This document shows, one piece after another, positions 45,165 to 56,004 of a stretch of DNA of 60,086 nt (the first letter of the stretch is position 1; every line of letters begins with the position of its first letter). This stretch comes from Erysipelotrichia bacterium (GTDB taxonomy: Bacteria > Bacillota_I > Bacilli_A > RFN20 > CAG-826), in NCBI GenBank assembly GCA_012522695.1, contig JAAYJX010000147.1, forward strand, positions 1-60,086. The letters are read 5' to 3'. The translations under genes were made by a program, and so were the position numbers. The notes beneath the pieces are model-generated. The model saw only the letters and a list, made by a program, of their open reading frames with translations. It searched no databases and had not been told where the DNA came from.

Positions 45165-47912
45165 ATGGAACTAAAGAAAACACTTTTAATGCCAAAAACT
45201 GCATTTGAAATGCGTGGCAATTTAAATCAAAAAGAACCGCTTTTTCTTGCTAAGTGGGAAAAAGAAAATCTTTACCATGCGATGAATGAAAAACGAATTG
45301 ATCAAGAAGTGTTTCTTCTTCATGATGGTCCGCCTTATGCAAATGGTAATATTCACTGCGGACATATGCTTAATCGCCTTTTAAAAGACTTTATCGTTCG
45401 TTATAAAAATATGCGTGGTTATTTAACTCCGTTTGTTTTAGGATGGGACACTCATGGTTTACCAATTGAAAATGAAATAACAAAGCAAGGTGTTAATCGT
45501 AAAACGACACCGATTAATGAATTTCGCCATCTTTGTGAAAAATATGCACTTCAACAAATTGCTCTTCAAAAAGAACAAATCGTTCGTTTAGGTGTTTTAA
45601 GTGATCTAGATAATCCTTACTTTACACTACATAAAGAATACGAAGCAAAACAACTAGAAGCATTTTCTAAAATGGCGCTTGATGGTTTAATTTATAAAGG
45701 TTTAAAACCTGTTCATTGGTCTCCTTCAAGTGAATCAGCTTTAGCAGAAGCCGAAATTGAATATTTTGAAGTTACTTCGCCTTCAATTTATGTTAGCTTT
45801 GCTTTAATTGATGAATTAAACGAATTAAAAAAAGGTGATCAATTTCTTATTTGGACAACAACACCTTGGACTTTACCGGCTAACTTAGCTTTAAGTGTTC
45901 ATCCACGTTTTGAATATGGCTTATATCAAACAAATAAAGGCCGCTTTGTTTTCTTAAAACAATTTGAAGAACGGCTTAAAGAAGAATTAGAACTTAAAGA
46001 CGTTAAATTAATTAAAACATTTAAAGGCCAAGAACTTGAATTTTTAAAAGTTCAACATCCTTTTTATGAACGCTCTTCGTTAGTAATAGTAGGTGAACAC
46101 GTCACAAACGAAGCTGGGACAGGCATTGTTCATACGGCTCCAGGTCATGGGCTTGATGACTATTATGTTTGTCAAAAATATAATATTGAACCTTATTGTC
46201 CAGTTGATAGCCGTGGCTTTATGACTAACGAAGCTGGTGAAAAACTTAATGGCTTATTTTATGAATTAGCTAATGACGTTATTTTGGAGTTACTTAAAGA
46301 AAATAATGCTTTAATTAAATATTCAACGAGCGTTCATTCTTATCCTCATGATTGGCGAACAAAAAAACCTTTGATTTTTCGTTCAACACCGCAGTGGTTT
46401 ATTTCAATTGCTCCGATTAAAGAAAAACTTTTAAAAGAAGTTGAAAATATTAGATGGATACCTTCTTGGGGGCAAACAAGAATGGAAAATATGATTAAAG
46501 ATCGTCTTGATTGGTGTATTTCTAGGCAAAGAGTTTGGGGTGTACCAATTCCAATTATTTATGCTGAAGACAAAACGCCTTTAATTGAAAAAGAAGTTTT
46601 CGATCATTTAATTAAATTATTTGCGGAATATGGTAGTAATATTTGGTATGAAAAAGAGGCAGTGGATTTACTTCCTAAAAATTATCAAAGTAAACATTCT
46701 CCAAATCATAAATTTACAAAAGAAATGGACATTATGGACGTTTGGTTTGATAGTGGCTCATCTTTTCATAGTGTCTTAAATAAACGTAACTTAAAATATC
46801 CATGTGATTTATATTTAGAAGGTAATGATCAATATCGTGGCTGGTTTAATTCTTCATTAACAATTTCAACAGCAGTTTTTGATAAAGCGCCATTTAAAGC
46901 ATGTCTAACACATGGTTTTGTTGTTGATGAAAATTGGGCAAAAATGTCAAAATCAAAAGGTAATGGTATCGATCCAACTAAGGTTGCTAATGTTTATGGG
47001 GCTGATTTATTAAGACTTTGGGCGGCGACAATTGATTATAAACAAGACGTTAGAATATCAGAAAGTATTATTATGCAAATTGCTGATGTTTATCGAAAAG
47101 TTCGCAATACTTTTAAATTTTTACTCGGTAATTTATCTAATGGTGTGGACTCATCATTTAATCCTCAATTAGATAAAGTAGAAACGTATGAAGTCGTTGA
47201 TCACTTTCTTTTAGCACAACTTGAAAAAATTAAAAACGAAGCAATTAATAGTTTTGATGAATATGAATTTGCCCAAGGAATAAATAAAATACTAACATTT
47301 ATTTCACGCGATCTTTCATCGTTTTATTTAGATTTAACGAAAGATATTTTATATTGTGAAAGCAAAACTTCACTAAGAAGAAAGCAAGTTCAAAACGTTA
47401 TTTACACTGTGACGACGACTTTAATGCGTTTATTAACGCCATTTTTATCATTTACGATGGATGAAGTTAATTCTTATTTACCTGGTGAAGTTTTAAATAA
47501 TGCCCAACTTTATGATTATCCAGAAGTAAGCCATACTTATCAAAAAGAAACATTAAATGATTATGAAGCCTTTTTACTTCTTCGTGATCGTGTTTTAAAA
47601 CTTCTTGAAGAATATCGAAATAGTGGTGAAATCGGTTCTTCACAAGAAGCAAAGCTCTTCATCAAAGAAAACCATCCATTATTAAATAAACTTAATTTAG
47701 CTAATAATAAAACTGAACTTGCGCGGCTATTTGTCGTTTCACAAGTCGAATTTAAAAACGTCGATCAAGAAATTACTATTTTAAAAGCAAGTGGTCAAAA
47801 ATGTCCCCGTTGTTGGAATTATGTTTTAGAATTAAAGAAAATAGATGAACACCACGTATGCAAACGTTGCTATGATGTATTAAAGAAGGATTATCAAGAT
47901 GAAGAAAATTAA
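45165..47912 (+). CDS. ileS: Isoleucyl-tRNA synthetase
   Basis: ATG at 45165 follows AGGAGAG. The track start at 45072 lies inside the T-box. HIGH (PPYANGNIHCGH), KMSKS, and a C-terminal Zn motif CPRCW...CKRC. Confidence 0.95.
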   Translation: MELKKTLLMPKTAFEMRGNLNQKEPLFLAKWEKENLYHAMNEKRIDQEVFLLHDGPPYANGNIHCGHMLNRLLKDFIVRYKNMRGYLTPFVLGWDTHGLPIENEITKQGVNRKTTPINEFRHLCEKYALQQIALQKEQIVRLGVLSDLDNPYFTLHKEYEAKQLEAFSKMALDGLIYKGLKPVHWSPSSESALAEAEIEYFEVTSPSIYVSFALIDELNELKKGDQFLIWTTTPWTLPANLALSVHPRFEYGLYQTNKGRFVFLKQFEERLKEELELKDVKLIKTFKGQELEFLKVQHPFYERSSLVIVGEHVTNEAGTGIVHTAPGHGLDDYYVCQKYNIEPYCPVDSRGFMTNEAGEKLNGLFYELANDVILELLKENNALIKYSTSVHSYPHDWRTKKPLIFRSTPQWFISIAPIKEKLLKEVENIRWIPSWGQTRMENMIKDRLDWCISRQRVWGVPIPIIYAEDKTPLIEKEVFDHLIKLFAEYGSNIWYEKEAVDLLPKNYQSKHSPNHKFTKEMDIMDVWFDSGSSFHSVLNKRNLKYPCDLYLEGNDQYRGWFNSSLTISTAVFDKAPFKACLTHGFVVDENWAKMSKSKGNGIDPTKVANVYGADLLRLWAATIDYKQDVRISESIIMQIADVYRKVRNTFKFLLGNLSNGVDSSFNPQLDKVETYEVVDHFLLAQLEKIKNEAINSFDEYEFAQGINKILTFISRDLSSFYLDLTKDILYCESKTSLRRKQVQNVIYTVTTTLMRLLTPFLSFTMDEVNSYLPGEVLNNAQLYDYPEVSHTYQKETLNDYEAFLLLRDRVLKLLEEYRNSGEIGSSQEAKLFIKENHPLLNKLNLANNKTELARLFVVSQVEFKNVDQEITILKASGQKCPRCWNYVLELKKIDEHHVCKRCYDVLKKDYQDEEN

Positions 47913-48531
47913 AAAATATTTTACAAGTAAAACAATTAAAGAAATTGCTCTAGATTTTTTCTATTCTTTTATTTGGGTTATGATCCTTGTTTTTCTTTTT
48001 GACATTATTAGTAAATGGCTTATTGTTAAAAACTTAACTCTTCATCAAGAAGTTCAAGTTATTCCTAATTTCTTTTATTTACATTTAACTTTCAATCAAG
48101 GAGCAGCTTTTGGTTTAGGTAATACTGGCGACTTGACATGGCGTGTTCTTTTTATTGTTATTTCCGTTGTGATGGTCGTTGGTATGAGTGGCTATTATTT
48201 TAAAAACGGCGCAAAAATGAAACTATTTATGCGTTTAGCCTTAGCTTTGATGATTGGTGGAGCGTTTGGTAATTTAATTGATCGTGCTTTTTATTGGCAT
48301 TCTATTGTTGGTTTTAGTGGCGTCATTGACTTTTTATCTTTTGAATTTTGGGGCTGGCGTTTTGCTACTTTTAATATTGCTGATTCTGCACTTGTTGTTG
48401 GGACAATTTTATTAATCGTGTCACTTTTAATTGAAGATTTTAAAAAAGAAAAAATAGTTAAAGAAGATTTATCAAAAGCACCGCAAGAGTATTTAGATGA
48501 ATTAGAGCAAAAACAAAAAGAAAATGAATAA
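47899..48531 (+). CDS. lspA: Lipoprotein signal peptidase II
   Basis: FNQGAAFGLG, GAFGNLIDR, FNIADSALVVG. 210 aa, with a charged C-terminal extension. Confidence 0.88.
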   Translation: MKKIKKYFTSKTIKEIALDFFYSFIWVMILVFLFDIISKWLIVKNLTLHQEVQVIPNFFYLHLTFNQGAAFGLGNTGDLTWRVLFIVISVVMVVGMSGYYFKNGAKMKLFMRLALALMIGGAFGNLIDRAFYWHSIVGFSGVIDFLSFEFWGWRFATFNIADSALVVGTILLIVSLLIEDFKKEKIVKEDLSKAPQEYLDELEQKQKENE

Positions 48532-49426
48532 AACGTTTTTAATTAAAAATGAAGTCGGGATGCGTCTAGATAAGGCATTAACACTTTTAATTAAAGATGT
48601 TTCACGTAGTTATATTCAAAAACTTATTAATGAAAATTTAGTTTTAGTAAATAATGAAATTACTAAGGCAAATTATGTTTTAAAAGCTAATGATAAAATT
48701 GAAGTTACTTTAAAGACTAAAGAAGTAACGTTAAATGCTAAGCCTTTAGATTTAGATATTATTTATGAAGATGAATATTTATTAGTCGTTAATAAACCAA
48801 GTGGACTCGTTGTCCATCCAGGTGCTGGTAAACATCAAATAACACTCGCTCATGCGCTTTTACATCATAGTCAAAACTTATCTTCACTTGGCGGTCCTTT
48901 TCGTCCTGGCATCGTCCATCGTCTTGATAAAGAAACATCTGGCTTAATTATTGTCGCTAAAAATGATTTTGTTCATGAAAAACTTGCTAAACAATTTAAA
49001 GCACGTTCAGTTGAACGCGTTTATCACACGCTTGTTCAAAGTATTATTTTTGAAGACGAAGGTCAAATTATCGCTTCGCTTAGTCGTGACCAAAATAATC
49101 GTTTAAAACAAAGCGTGAATGTTAAAGATGGGAAAGAAGCGATAACTTTTTTTAAAGTTTTAGAAAGATTTTCACAAGCAAGTCACGTTCAAGCTTTTTT
49201 AAAAACAGGGCGAACACATCAAATTCGTGCGCATTTTGCTTATATTAACCACCCATTAATTGGCGATAAACTATATGAAAAAGGCCCGAGTGTTTATCGT
49301 GTAGATAAATTTTATCTACATGCCTCGAGCCTTAGTTTTATTCATCCAATTTCTTTAAAGGAAGTGACTTTTAATGCACCTCTACCAGATGACTTTGTTT
49401 ATTTTTTGAAAGAATTAAGTAATTAA
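48524..49426 (+). CDS. rluD: RluA-family 23S rRNA pseudouridine synthase (RluD-like)
   Basis: S4 domain N-terminus, HRLDKETSGLIIVAKN, GRTHQIRAH. ileS-lspA-rluD synteny. Confidence 0.88.
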   Translation: MNKTFLIKNEVGMRLDKALTLLIKDVSRSYIQKLINENLVLVNNEITKANYVLKANDKIEVTLKTKEVTLNAKPLDLDIIYEDEYLLVVNKPSGLVVHPGAGKHQITLAHALLHHSQNLSSLGGPFRPGIVHRLDKETSGLIIVAKNDFVHEKLAKQFKARSVERVYHTLVQSIIFEDEGQIIASLSRDQNNRLKQSVNVKDGKEAITFFKVLERFSQASHVQAFLKTGRTHQIRAHFAYINHPLIGDKLYEKGPSVYRVDKFYLHASSLSFIHPISLKEVTFNAPLPDDFVYFLKELSN

Positions 49427-49433
49427 TTTTTTC

Positions 49434-51569
49434 TTAATAATCAGTAATATAGTCGGCTAAACCAAAGACGATTCCAAGGTGGCCGTTGCCTCCGAAATTA
49501 AAATAAACATTCATATAATCGCCACTAAAGTGGTTTTGATTTGTGTATTCATAAGGGATGATAGGTTGATTAGATGCATCAACTAATTTTTCACCATCAT
49601 GAAGAGCGACTTCTCCACCACTTGATTGGAATCTTGGCATTTCAACTGGCATGTATGGAGCAACAGCACTCATAAAAGGCCCATCAAAATCCAAACCGAC
49701 TGTCTCATCAATTTGGAATGTTCCTTGTATCTTATCAGAAGTTGGAGCTTGAGCTCCGCCAGATTTCATAACGCCAATTAAATTAAATTTTTCTGCAGGA
49801 CCATCTTCAGTCATTCCGCCACGGATTATTGTATTTGTACCATAAACCCTAAGCCCAACTCCTAAAGCAATAATTTGTGGAACGACAGCAATAGCAGAGA
49901 CGAGCGTAAACCAGTTTTCTTGACCAAAAACCCAAGATTCTAATTTTGAATTAATAACTTTGACGTTTGAAGGATAACCGCCCGTACCATCATCTGCATG
50001 ATCGTAATGATCGGCAATTATAACCGGGCCACCCGCACCAATAAATTCACTATCTTTAATCGTAAAGTCTATCGTACCCCAGCTATATAATAAAGAGCTA
50101 AAAGTATCGTAACCACGACTTTTTTCAATGATGATTTTTTCAGCTTCGTTTTCACTAATTAAAATAGTAAATGCTTGTTTTACGATAGTATTATAAAAGT
50201 TAGTAATTGATTTGTTAACTTTTAAAAACATTCCGCCGCCTGATTTAATACCTACTTCAGTTCGATTGGCGTTACCTGTTGCTGATAAATTTTTCATTGT
50301 AAAGTTGCCGGCTGTATCATCTTCGCCATGAACTTTAAAAATTGAGAAGTGGGAAATAACTTTTCCTGGCTCTTCATCAATTCTTTCGCCTTCACGAACA
50401 ACATAAGGTAAGGCTGTATAATCAATATTAAAATAATTGCCATTAAAAACAAAGTGTTCACCTGCACCTATAGTGCGACGATATAAGTCATTATTATCGC
50501 GTAAAGAACCAATGACGCGGTCATAATCCTTATCAGTTAGCTTGACATCAGCATCACCTTCTAAATATTTAAAACCATCAGCAATATTTTCTTCTTTAAG
50601 TTTTATATCATTATGTAAAATTAAACCACTAATATTAATCGGGGTTATATTTTTTGATGCACGGTAGGGATCCCAATAAGAATTATAATTATCAAAGTGA
50701 AGTAAATCATCTTGTTTTGTAACGTTATATCCTTGCGTTACTTTAATTTCAAAACTAACTTCATATTTAGCTTTTGTTGCATATTTTTCGCCATATGGAC
50801 GAACTGTTAAGCGATAAGTTTTGTCGATCGCTGCACTTGTAAAATGATAAGTTGATGCAAATTCATCGATAGTTACGACATTATCTAAATCATCACCAGT
50901 TAATTGAACGTATTCACCAGCGCGTTTTTCAAAAATCTTTGAACTACTATGATAGGCACTAACACTTACTTCTTCGCCATCATCATCATAAGCTTCAATT
51001 TCTGGAAAAAATCGCCACGGATTATCACTACCAACAAAATATCCTTGTGTGCGGTCCATAAATTCACTACGTTTATCAACACCTTTTTCACTAATATAAG
51101 CTTGATAGGCGGCGATTGAACTAGGTAAATCTAAATTGTCAATTTCATCAAATTCAACAACCCAGTAAGTTCTTGTGATACTTTTTTCTAAGTATGAAAT
51201 TTCTAAATGATAAACACCAATTGTATTAGTAAGGGGAACGAGCGGATTAAATGTTAAATCTTTACCAGTTACTAATAAAGAATCATTTTCAAATACTGCT
51301 TGAACATTTACTTCGTCTAAATCGATTTGTTCATGAATCATATATTGCTCTTTTAAACCAGACACGTATTCTAATCGAAGTAGTTCACCTCGATCAACAT
51401 CTCCAGTTGTGTCCGTTATAGAATCACTCGGAGTTGGATCACTTGAGGTTGGATCAGTCGTTGTCGGATCCGTCGTTGTTGGATCAATTATGTCATCACA
51501 AGATGTTAATAAAAGTCCAACGACCAAAAGTGGAACGAGCATTGGCAGAATAAATCGTCTTTTTTTCAT
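49434..51569 (-). CDS. Large surface lipoprotein (711 aa), unknown function
   Basis: Signal peptide MKKRRFILPMLVPLLVVGLLLTSC (lipobox), a DPTTTDPTTTDPTSSDPTPSD linker, an Ig-like segment, then a long Gly/Asn-rich domain with no motif I can name. Confidence 0.75.
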   Translation of the reverse strand: MKKRRFILPMLVPLLVVGLLLTSCDDIIDPTTTDPTTTDPTSSDPTPSDSITDTTGDVDRGELLRLEYVSGLKEQYMIHEQIDLDEVNVQAVFENDSLLVTGKDLTFNPLVPLTNTIGVYHLEISYLEKSITRTYWVVEFDEIDNLDLPSSIAAYQAYISEKGVDKRSEFMDRTQGYFVGSDNPWRFFPEIEAYDDDGEEVSVSAYHSSSKIFEKRAGEYVQLTGDDLDNVVTIDEFASTYHFTSAAIDKTYRLTVRPYGEKYATKAKYEVSFEIKVTQGYNVTKQDDLLHFDNYNSYWDPYRASKNITPINISGLILHNDIKLKEENIADGFKYLEGDADVKLTDKDYDRVIGSLRDNNDLYRRTIGAGEHFVFNGNYFNIDYTALPYVVREGERIDEEPGKVISHFSIFKVHGEDDTAGNFTMKNLSATGNANRTEVGIKSGGGMFLKVNKSITNFYNTIVKQAFTILISENEAEKIIIEKSRGYDTFSSLLYSWGTIDFTIKDSEFIGAGGPVIIADHYDHADDGTGGYPSNVKVINSKLESWVFGQENWFTLVSAIAVVPQIIALGVGLRVYGTNTIIRGGMTEDGPAEKFNLIGVMKSGGAQAPTSDKIQGTFQIDETVGLDFDGPFMSAVAPYMPVEMPRFQSSGGEVALHDGEKLVDASNQPIIPYEYTNQNHFSGDYMNVYFNFGGNGHLGIVFGLADYITDY
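51433..51492 (-). repeat. 4 x 15-bp coding tandem repeat (DPT-type linker)
   Basis: + strand units GTTGGATCACTTGAG / GTTGGATCAGTCGTT / GTCGGATCCGTCGTT / GTTGGATCAATTATG. Confidence 0.8.
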
Positions 51570-51624
51570 TTTTTTGTCCTTTCTTATTCTTTTTTATATA
51601 TCCAAACACAGATTGTATCATTTC

Positions 51625-52110
51625 TTAATCGAAAGAAAAATCTTTTGTGCGGATTTTAATTTTAGTCGTCGTCGCAGGGTTATCAACCGCGCGAAGATCA
51701 AAAGATGCAGTCCCGTCTTGTAAGAAGGTAACGAGGCCACTATCGCGCTCGACAGTAGCAATTTGCCTTTCAATATCATCATGGATAGTCGTATGAAAAG
51801 TAACATTTTTATTCGTCGATGTTTCAGGCTTAACTTCATAAATAATTAACATAGTTAAATTTTCTTGATAAGGAATCGCGAATTGAGCATTATGATCTTT
51901 ATTTGGGTCTTTAACACGATAGCCATAATCTGTTTCATGATCATAATAATAAGTTTCAAAAAAATCATCGCCAATTTTAACTGATTTAACAATAATTTCT
52001 TCAATATATACAGTTTCATCATAAATTTTTGCTCTTTGAAAAATTAGACCAATCGCAATAATGGCTAGTAGTGAAATTGTTGAAATTATTAAAACTACAG
52101 ATTTACGCAT
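51625..52110 (-). CDS. N-terminally anchored extracellular protein with a Big_2-like Ig fold (tentative)
   Basis: One TM helix (VVLIISTISLLAIIAIGLIF). The C-terminal stretch VKPETSTNKNVTFHTT...ATVERDSGLVTFLQDGTASFDLRA resembles bacterial Ig-like group 2. 1-nt overlap with the upstream permease gene. Confidence 0.5.
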   Translation of the reverse strand: MRKSVVLIISTISLLAIIAIGLIFQRAKIYDETVYIEEIIVKSVKIGDDFFETYYYDHETDYGYRVKDPNKDHNAQFAIPYQENLTMLIIYEVKPETSTNKNVTFHTTIHDDIERQIATVERDSGLVTFLQDGTASFDLRAVDNPATTTKIKIRTKDFSFD

Positions 52111-53834
52111 TATGATTCCACCCTTTGATTATAATAGACTTTAATATTTTCTTTATACAAATATAAAACAATAAGAGCAAAACCTAAACCGATAAAAAAC
52201 ATTTTTAAGAAGCCGACACTAAATTTAATACTCGGATCGGTAACAGCTTCTAAAATAAAAGCCAAGGTAATTAAAGCATAAGCAAAAGCAATTACAAAAG
52301 CTAAAATAATTGATTTTGTTTCATTAGGGTTTTGCACGTGCGTGCCCGTTGTCGCGTATTGTTCATTTTGTGGATTCATTAAATCAAGTAGTCCACTTAA
52401 AAATAAATGACCAACTTGAATAAAAATCATCCCTAGTGCTAATAAAAAAATATTAATAAAAATAAAATTCATATAAATATTAAAAACAATGAGTGAAACA
52501 ACAATCGATGTTAAAGATAAAACAAGATTGGGAATTAATTTAGCAAAAAGCGGTATTAAAGCATTAACTGGTTTTGTTCTTTTCATATAAGCAGTTCGTG
52601 CTTCTTTTGAATACATCGTCGCAATTAAACCATTCGAAGCTAATAAAGGTAATAAAATAAGAAGGACATTAAATGCTTGTACAAAAAATTGCCCCTTAAC
52701 GTATAAGTCCATTCCCGCAAAAATTTGATTAACTAATAAAATAATAATCGGAATCGAAATATAAGTTGCTAAAAAGTTATAGGCAAATTCACCATTACGT
52801 AGTAATAGACGAACTTCTTTAATAATAAAAGTTATAAAACGTGAATGACGAACATTTAAGATTGCTTTTGGTTTAAGGCTTTTTCCGTAAGAATCACCTT
52901 GCGAAATCATTTTTAAAAAGATAAAACGTGAAACATAATAAGCTAGCATAAATAAAACGCCTAAAATAAAAATGGTAGAAAAGAAAATAAGCCAAGGCTC
53001 CCAACTTAAATATGAATACACTCTTGATGTATTTAATTTACCAAATATCATCACAACGATATAATATACAAAAACAAAATATTTCTGGAAGAAAATCGAT
53101 ATTTCTGATAAACCAGCTTTAATCGGCTCCCATAAAAATAAAATATTTATTCTTGGGGGGATTAATAAAATTATTTCAACAACTAACCAAATAAATAATG
53201 ATAAAAGCGTTATAAAAACTACTGTTTTTAAAAAGCGAACACGATTTAGGAATACATTAATATAAAAAAGCGGAATACTAATTACTACTCCTAAAATAAC
53301 AGGAATTAAAGTTACAACAAAAAAAGTAACTAAAACCCATAAATAGAAAAAGGGACTAACAGGTGATAAAAGTCCATATGCCAGAAAAATAGGGACAACA
53401 AAAGTAAAGTTTTTATAAAGCTCATATAAATAATAAACAACAATTTTTGAAAAGAAAACTTTGTTTAAAGTCGTTGGATAAGTAACAAGGAGGGCATTAT
53501 CTTTTGCTAAATATAATGATTTAAGTAATTCGTTTGAAGAAGTAATCGTTGAGATAACAAAAATAATTGTTAAAACAATCGTCATTAAAGACGTTGGTAA
53601 AAATGGCGAATTATGAAATATTTTAAAAAATGAAGCAACATAAAATAATGCAAAACTTATCACGCCGACGATAATAAAACGCAAAATGAAAAAGACGATT
53701 TTACGTATTAATTGCCCTTTGTTTTTAACAAACCCTAAATCAAGTTTGTCTTTTAATTGCATAGCAATTAATGTTTTCAAATCATAAGGAAATGGTTTTA
53801 CTCTACGTCTTTTACTCATCTTTCTTTTCTTCAT
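52110..53834 (-). CDS. Large polytopic membrane protein, putative ABC exporter permease
   Basis: 574 aa with more than 10 hydrophobic helices and a basic N-terminus. It overlaps the 3' end of the ABC ATPase gene. The alternative start M6 lies at 53819. Confidence 0.6.
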   Translation of the reverse strand: MKKRKMSKRRRVKPFPYDLKTLIAMQLKDKLDLGFVKNKGQLIRKIVFFILRFIIVGVISFALFYVASFFKIFHNSPFLPTSLMTIVLTIIFVISTITSSNELLKSLYLAKDNALLVTYPTTLNKVFFSKIVVYYLYELYKNFTFVVPIFLAYGLLSPVSPFFYLWVLVTFFVVTLIPVILGVVISIPLFYINVFLNRVRFLKTVVFITLLSLFIWLVVEIILLIPPRINILFLWEPIKAGLSEISIFFQKYFVFVYYIVVMIFGKLNTSRVYSYLSWEPWLIFFSTIFILGVLFMLAYYVSRFIFLKMISQGDSYGKSLKPKAILNVRHSRFITFIIKEVRLLLRNGEFAYNFLATYISIPIIILLVNQIFAGMDLYVKGQFFVQAFNVLLILLPLLASNGLIATMYSKEARTAYMKRTKPVNALIPLFAKLIPNLVLSLTSIVVSLIVFNIYMNFIFINIFLLALGMIFIQVGHLFLSGLLDLMNPQNEQYATTGTHVQNPNETKSIILAFVIAFAYALITLAFILEAVTDPSIKFSVGFLKMFFIGLGFALIVLYLYKENIKVYYNQRVES

Positions 53835-56004
53835 ATACTTTGTTTAAATAATATTGTTCAAGAGTTGTTTTTTCATGAACTTCTTTTAAAGGTATGGGTT
53901 CAAATAAATGACCCTTTTTAATAACAACAATTCGTTGACATAAATTTTCAACAACGTCAATTAAGTGTGATGAAAACATCACGATATTACCTTTTGAGGC
54001 GTGATGTTTCATTACTTCTTTAACTTGATAAATACTATCAGGATCCAAACCAGTTAATGGTTCGTCTAAAAGCCATAATTTAGGTTCATGAATTAACGCA
54101 GCAATAATAGCAACTTTTTGCTTCATACCATGTGAAAACGTTTTAATTTGATTATCAAAAGCTTCTTCTAAATTAAAAAGCTTAGTGTAGTAGGGGATTC
54201 TTTTTTGTCTTTCCTCGTTTGTAACACTATAAATATCGGCAATGTAATTAATGTATTCGCGCGCGGTTAATTTTTCATATAACGCGTAGTGATCAGGTAC
54301 ATAACCGATTTGTTGTTTAGCCATGACGGGTTGTTTTTCAACATCAAAACCGCAAACAAAAATTGACCCTTCAGTAATTGTATGAATACCAACAATAGCT
54401 TTAATTGTTGTTGATTTACCTGCTCCGTTTGGGCCAAGAAAACCAAAAATTTCACCACCATAAACGGTTAAGCTTGCGTCTTTAACAGCGAAATGTTCAC
54501 TACGCCCATATTTTTTAGAAAAATTTCTTAATTCTAGTTTAACTCCACTATCAGCTTCCATAGGCTCCTCCTTACTTCTTCCATTTAAAGCGGCTTGCAA
54601 TGCAAACTCACTTAATTTAATTCGTTTTTGCTCAAATCGTAAAGCAACTAATGAATCGCTAATTGAATAACCTAAACTATAAACAAACCACATCGCAAAA
54701 GCGACACCAACATAGACAAGTAAAAATAAAACTTGGTATAAAGGATGAAACTCAAAATTTAAATCGCCAATATTAAAACTTACATTTATAGCAAAAATAT
54801 TTCGCGCCCACTTACCGAGTTTATCGGCAATGAAATCTGAATTAGTAAAGAAAAAATCTACGCCAGTAGCATAGTTACTAAACCAACTATTTAAAATAAT
54901 AACTAAAATAAAATAACCACTAAAAGCAAGTAGTGAGTAAAACATTTGTTTCATTTTTGGTCTTTCAAAAAGCTTTAAGCCAACAAGAAGCAAAGGCACG
55001 AAATAGGCAATTGCATGATTATACCAAAATTGGATAACAGTAAAACTTGTATAACTTGTTGTCGCATTGTAATTAGGCATTAGCATTGCCATTAACGCGC
55101 CAAAAACATTAATGAAATAAGTAAAATAAAAAAGCTTATCCATCCTAAAAATTATAATTAGTGGTAGAAGAAACATGGCTGTGTTACATAAATGAATCGG
55201 CCAACTCCAAGGTGTTAAAAAATCTAAATAATAAAAATTAGCAGCAAAAGTAATCATTGTCACAAGACTTAAATAAGTCATCGCAAAACGTTTACTTTCT
55301 TCGTCTTTTTTATATAGACCAAAGTAAATAAGAAAAGGCACAATGATACTAATATAAATAAAGATTCGATGAGTAGAGGAAAGATCAACGACTTTATAAC
55401 GAGCAAGTTGACTACCAAAAATAATTTGAAGAGAATACATTGGCATCGAAGCCAAGAAAACCGGGACAATAGCAATTAAAAGACGAATGAGTTCTTCTTT
55501 TTTTAATTTGAAAGAATAGTCTTTTTTCCAAACAAGAAAAAGGCCATACATAATTAAAGCAGTCGTAACTAAAAACATTATATGTGGGAAGGTCCAACCT
55601 AAAACCTCCTCATTATAACCGATGAGTTGCATCGAAACACTAAAATGTGAAAAGCCTAAATAAAGTAAAAATAAAGGCGTTAAAACAAACTTAATTAAAT
55701 GCTTAATAATGTTTAATTTAAAAAATGGATAAAGAACTAAAAGAACAATTAAAGTTAATTCAATCCAAATGCCAATAAGCGCAAAAAAGTTAACACCAGC
55801 ACTAAAGGGACCATCGATTAAGCCAACGATATTTCTAGCTTGATCCGGATATGAAAAATAACGTACAAAAAAGAAAACAATTAGAATGATGCCATATACT
55901 TTAAGGCCACTTTTCCAAGTTTTTTTACGTGAGATAAAATATGTAATAACGCTGGCAATAGAAGCAACTGTTAGACTAATAAGAAGTAAGAGATAATGTG
56001 ACAT
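53812..56004 (-). CDS. Fusion of a ~470-aa polytopic membrane domain (YwaF/TP0381-like, PIHLC motif) to a C-terminal ABC ATPase
   Basis: C-terminus: Walker A GPNGAGKST, signature-like FSHGMKQKV, Walker B LWLLDEPLTGLD, and H-loop SSHL. N-terminus: many TM helices including WSWPIHLCNTAMFLLPLIIIF and FWYNHAIAYF. Confidence 0.75.
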   Translation of the reverse strand: MSHYLLLLISLTVASIASVITYFISRKKTWKSGLKVYGIILIVFFFVRYFSYPDQARNIVGLIDGPFSAGVNFFALIGIWIELTLIVLLVLYPFFKLNIIKHLIKFVLTPLFLLYLGFSHFSVSMQLIGYNEEVLGWTFPHIMFLVTTALIMYGLFLVWKKDYSFKLKKEELIRLLIAIVPVFLASMPMYSLQIIFGSQLARYKVVDLSSTHRIFIYISIIVPFLIYFGLYKKDEESKRFAMTYLSLVTMITFAANFYYLDFLTPWSWPIHLCNTAMFLLPLIIIFRMDKLFYFTYFINVFGALMAMLMPNYNATTSYTSFTVIQFWYNHAIAYFVPLLLVGLKLFERPKMKQMFYSLLAFSGYFILVIILNSWFSNYATGVDFFFTNSDFIADKLGKWARNIFAINVSFNIGDLNFEFHPLYQVLFLLVYVGVAFAMWFVYSLGYSISDSLVALRFEQKRIKLSEFALQAALNGRSKEEPMEADSGVKLELRNFSKKYGRSEHFAVKDASLTVYGGEIFGFLGPNGAGKSTTIKAIVGIHTITEGSIFVCGFDVEKQPVMAKQQIGYVPDHYALYEKLTAREYINYIADIYSVTNEERQKRIPYYTKLFNLEEAFDNQIKTFSHGMKQKVAIIAALIHEPKLWLLDEPLTGLDPDSIYQVKEVMKHHASKGNIVMFSSHLIDVVENLCQRIVVIKKGHLFEPIPLKEVHEKTTLEQYYLNKVYEEKKDE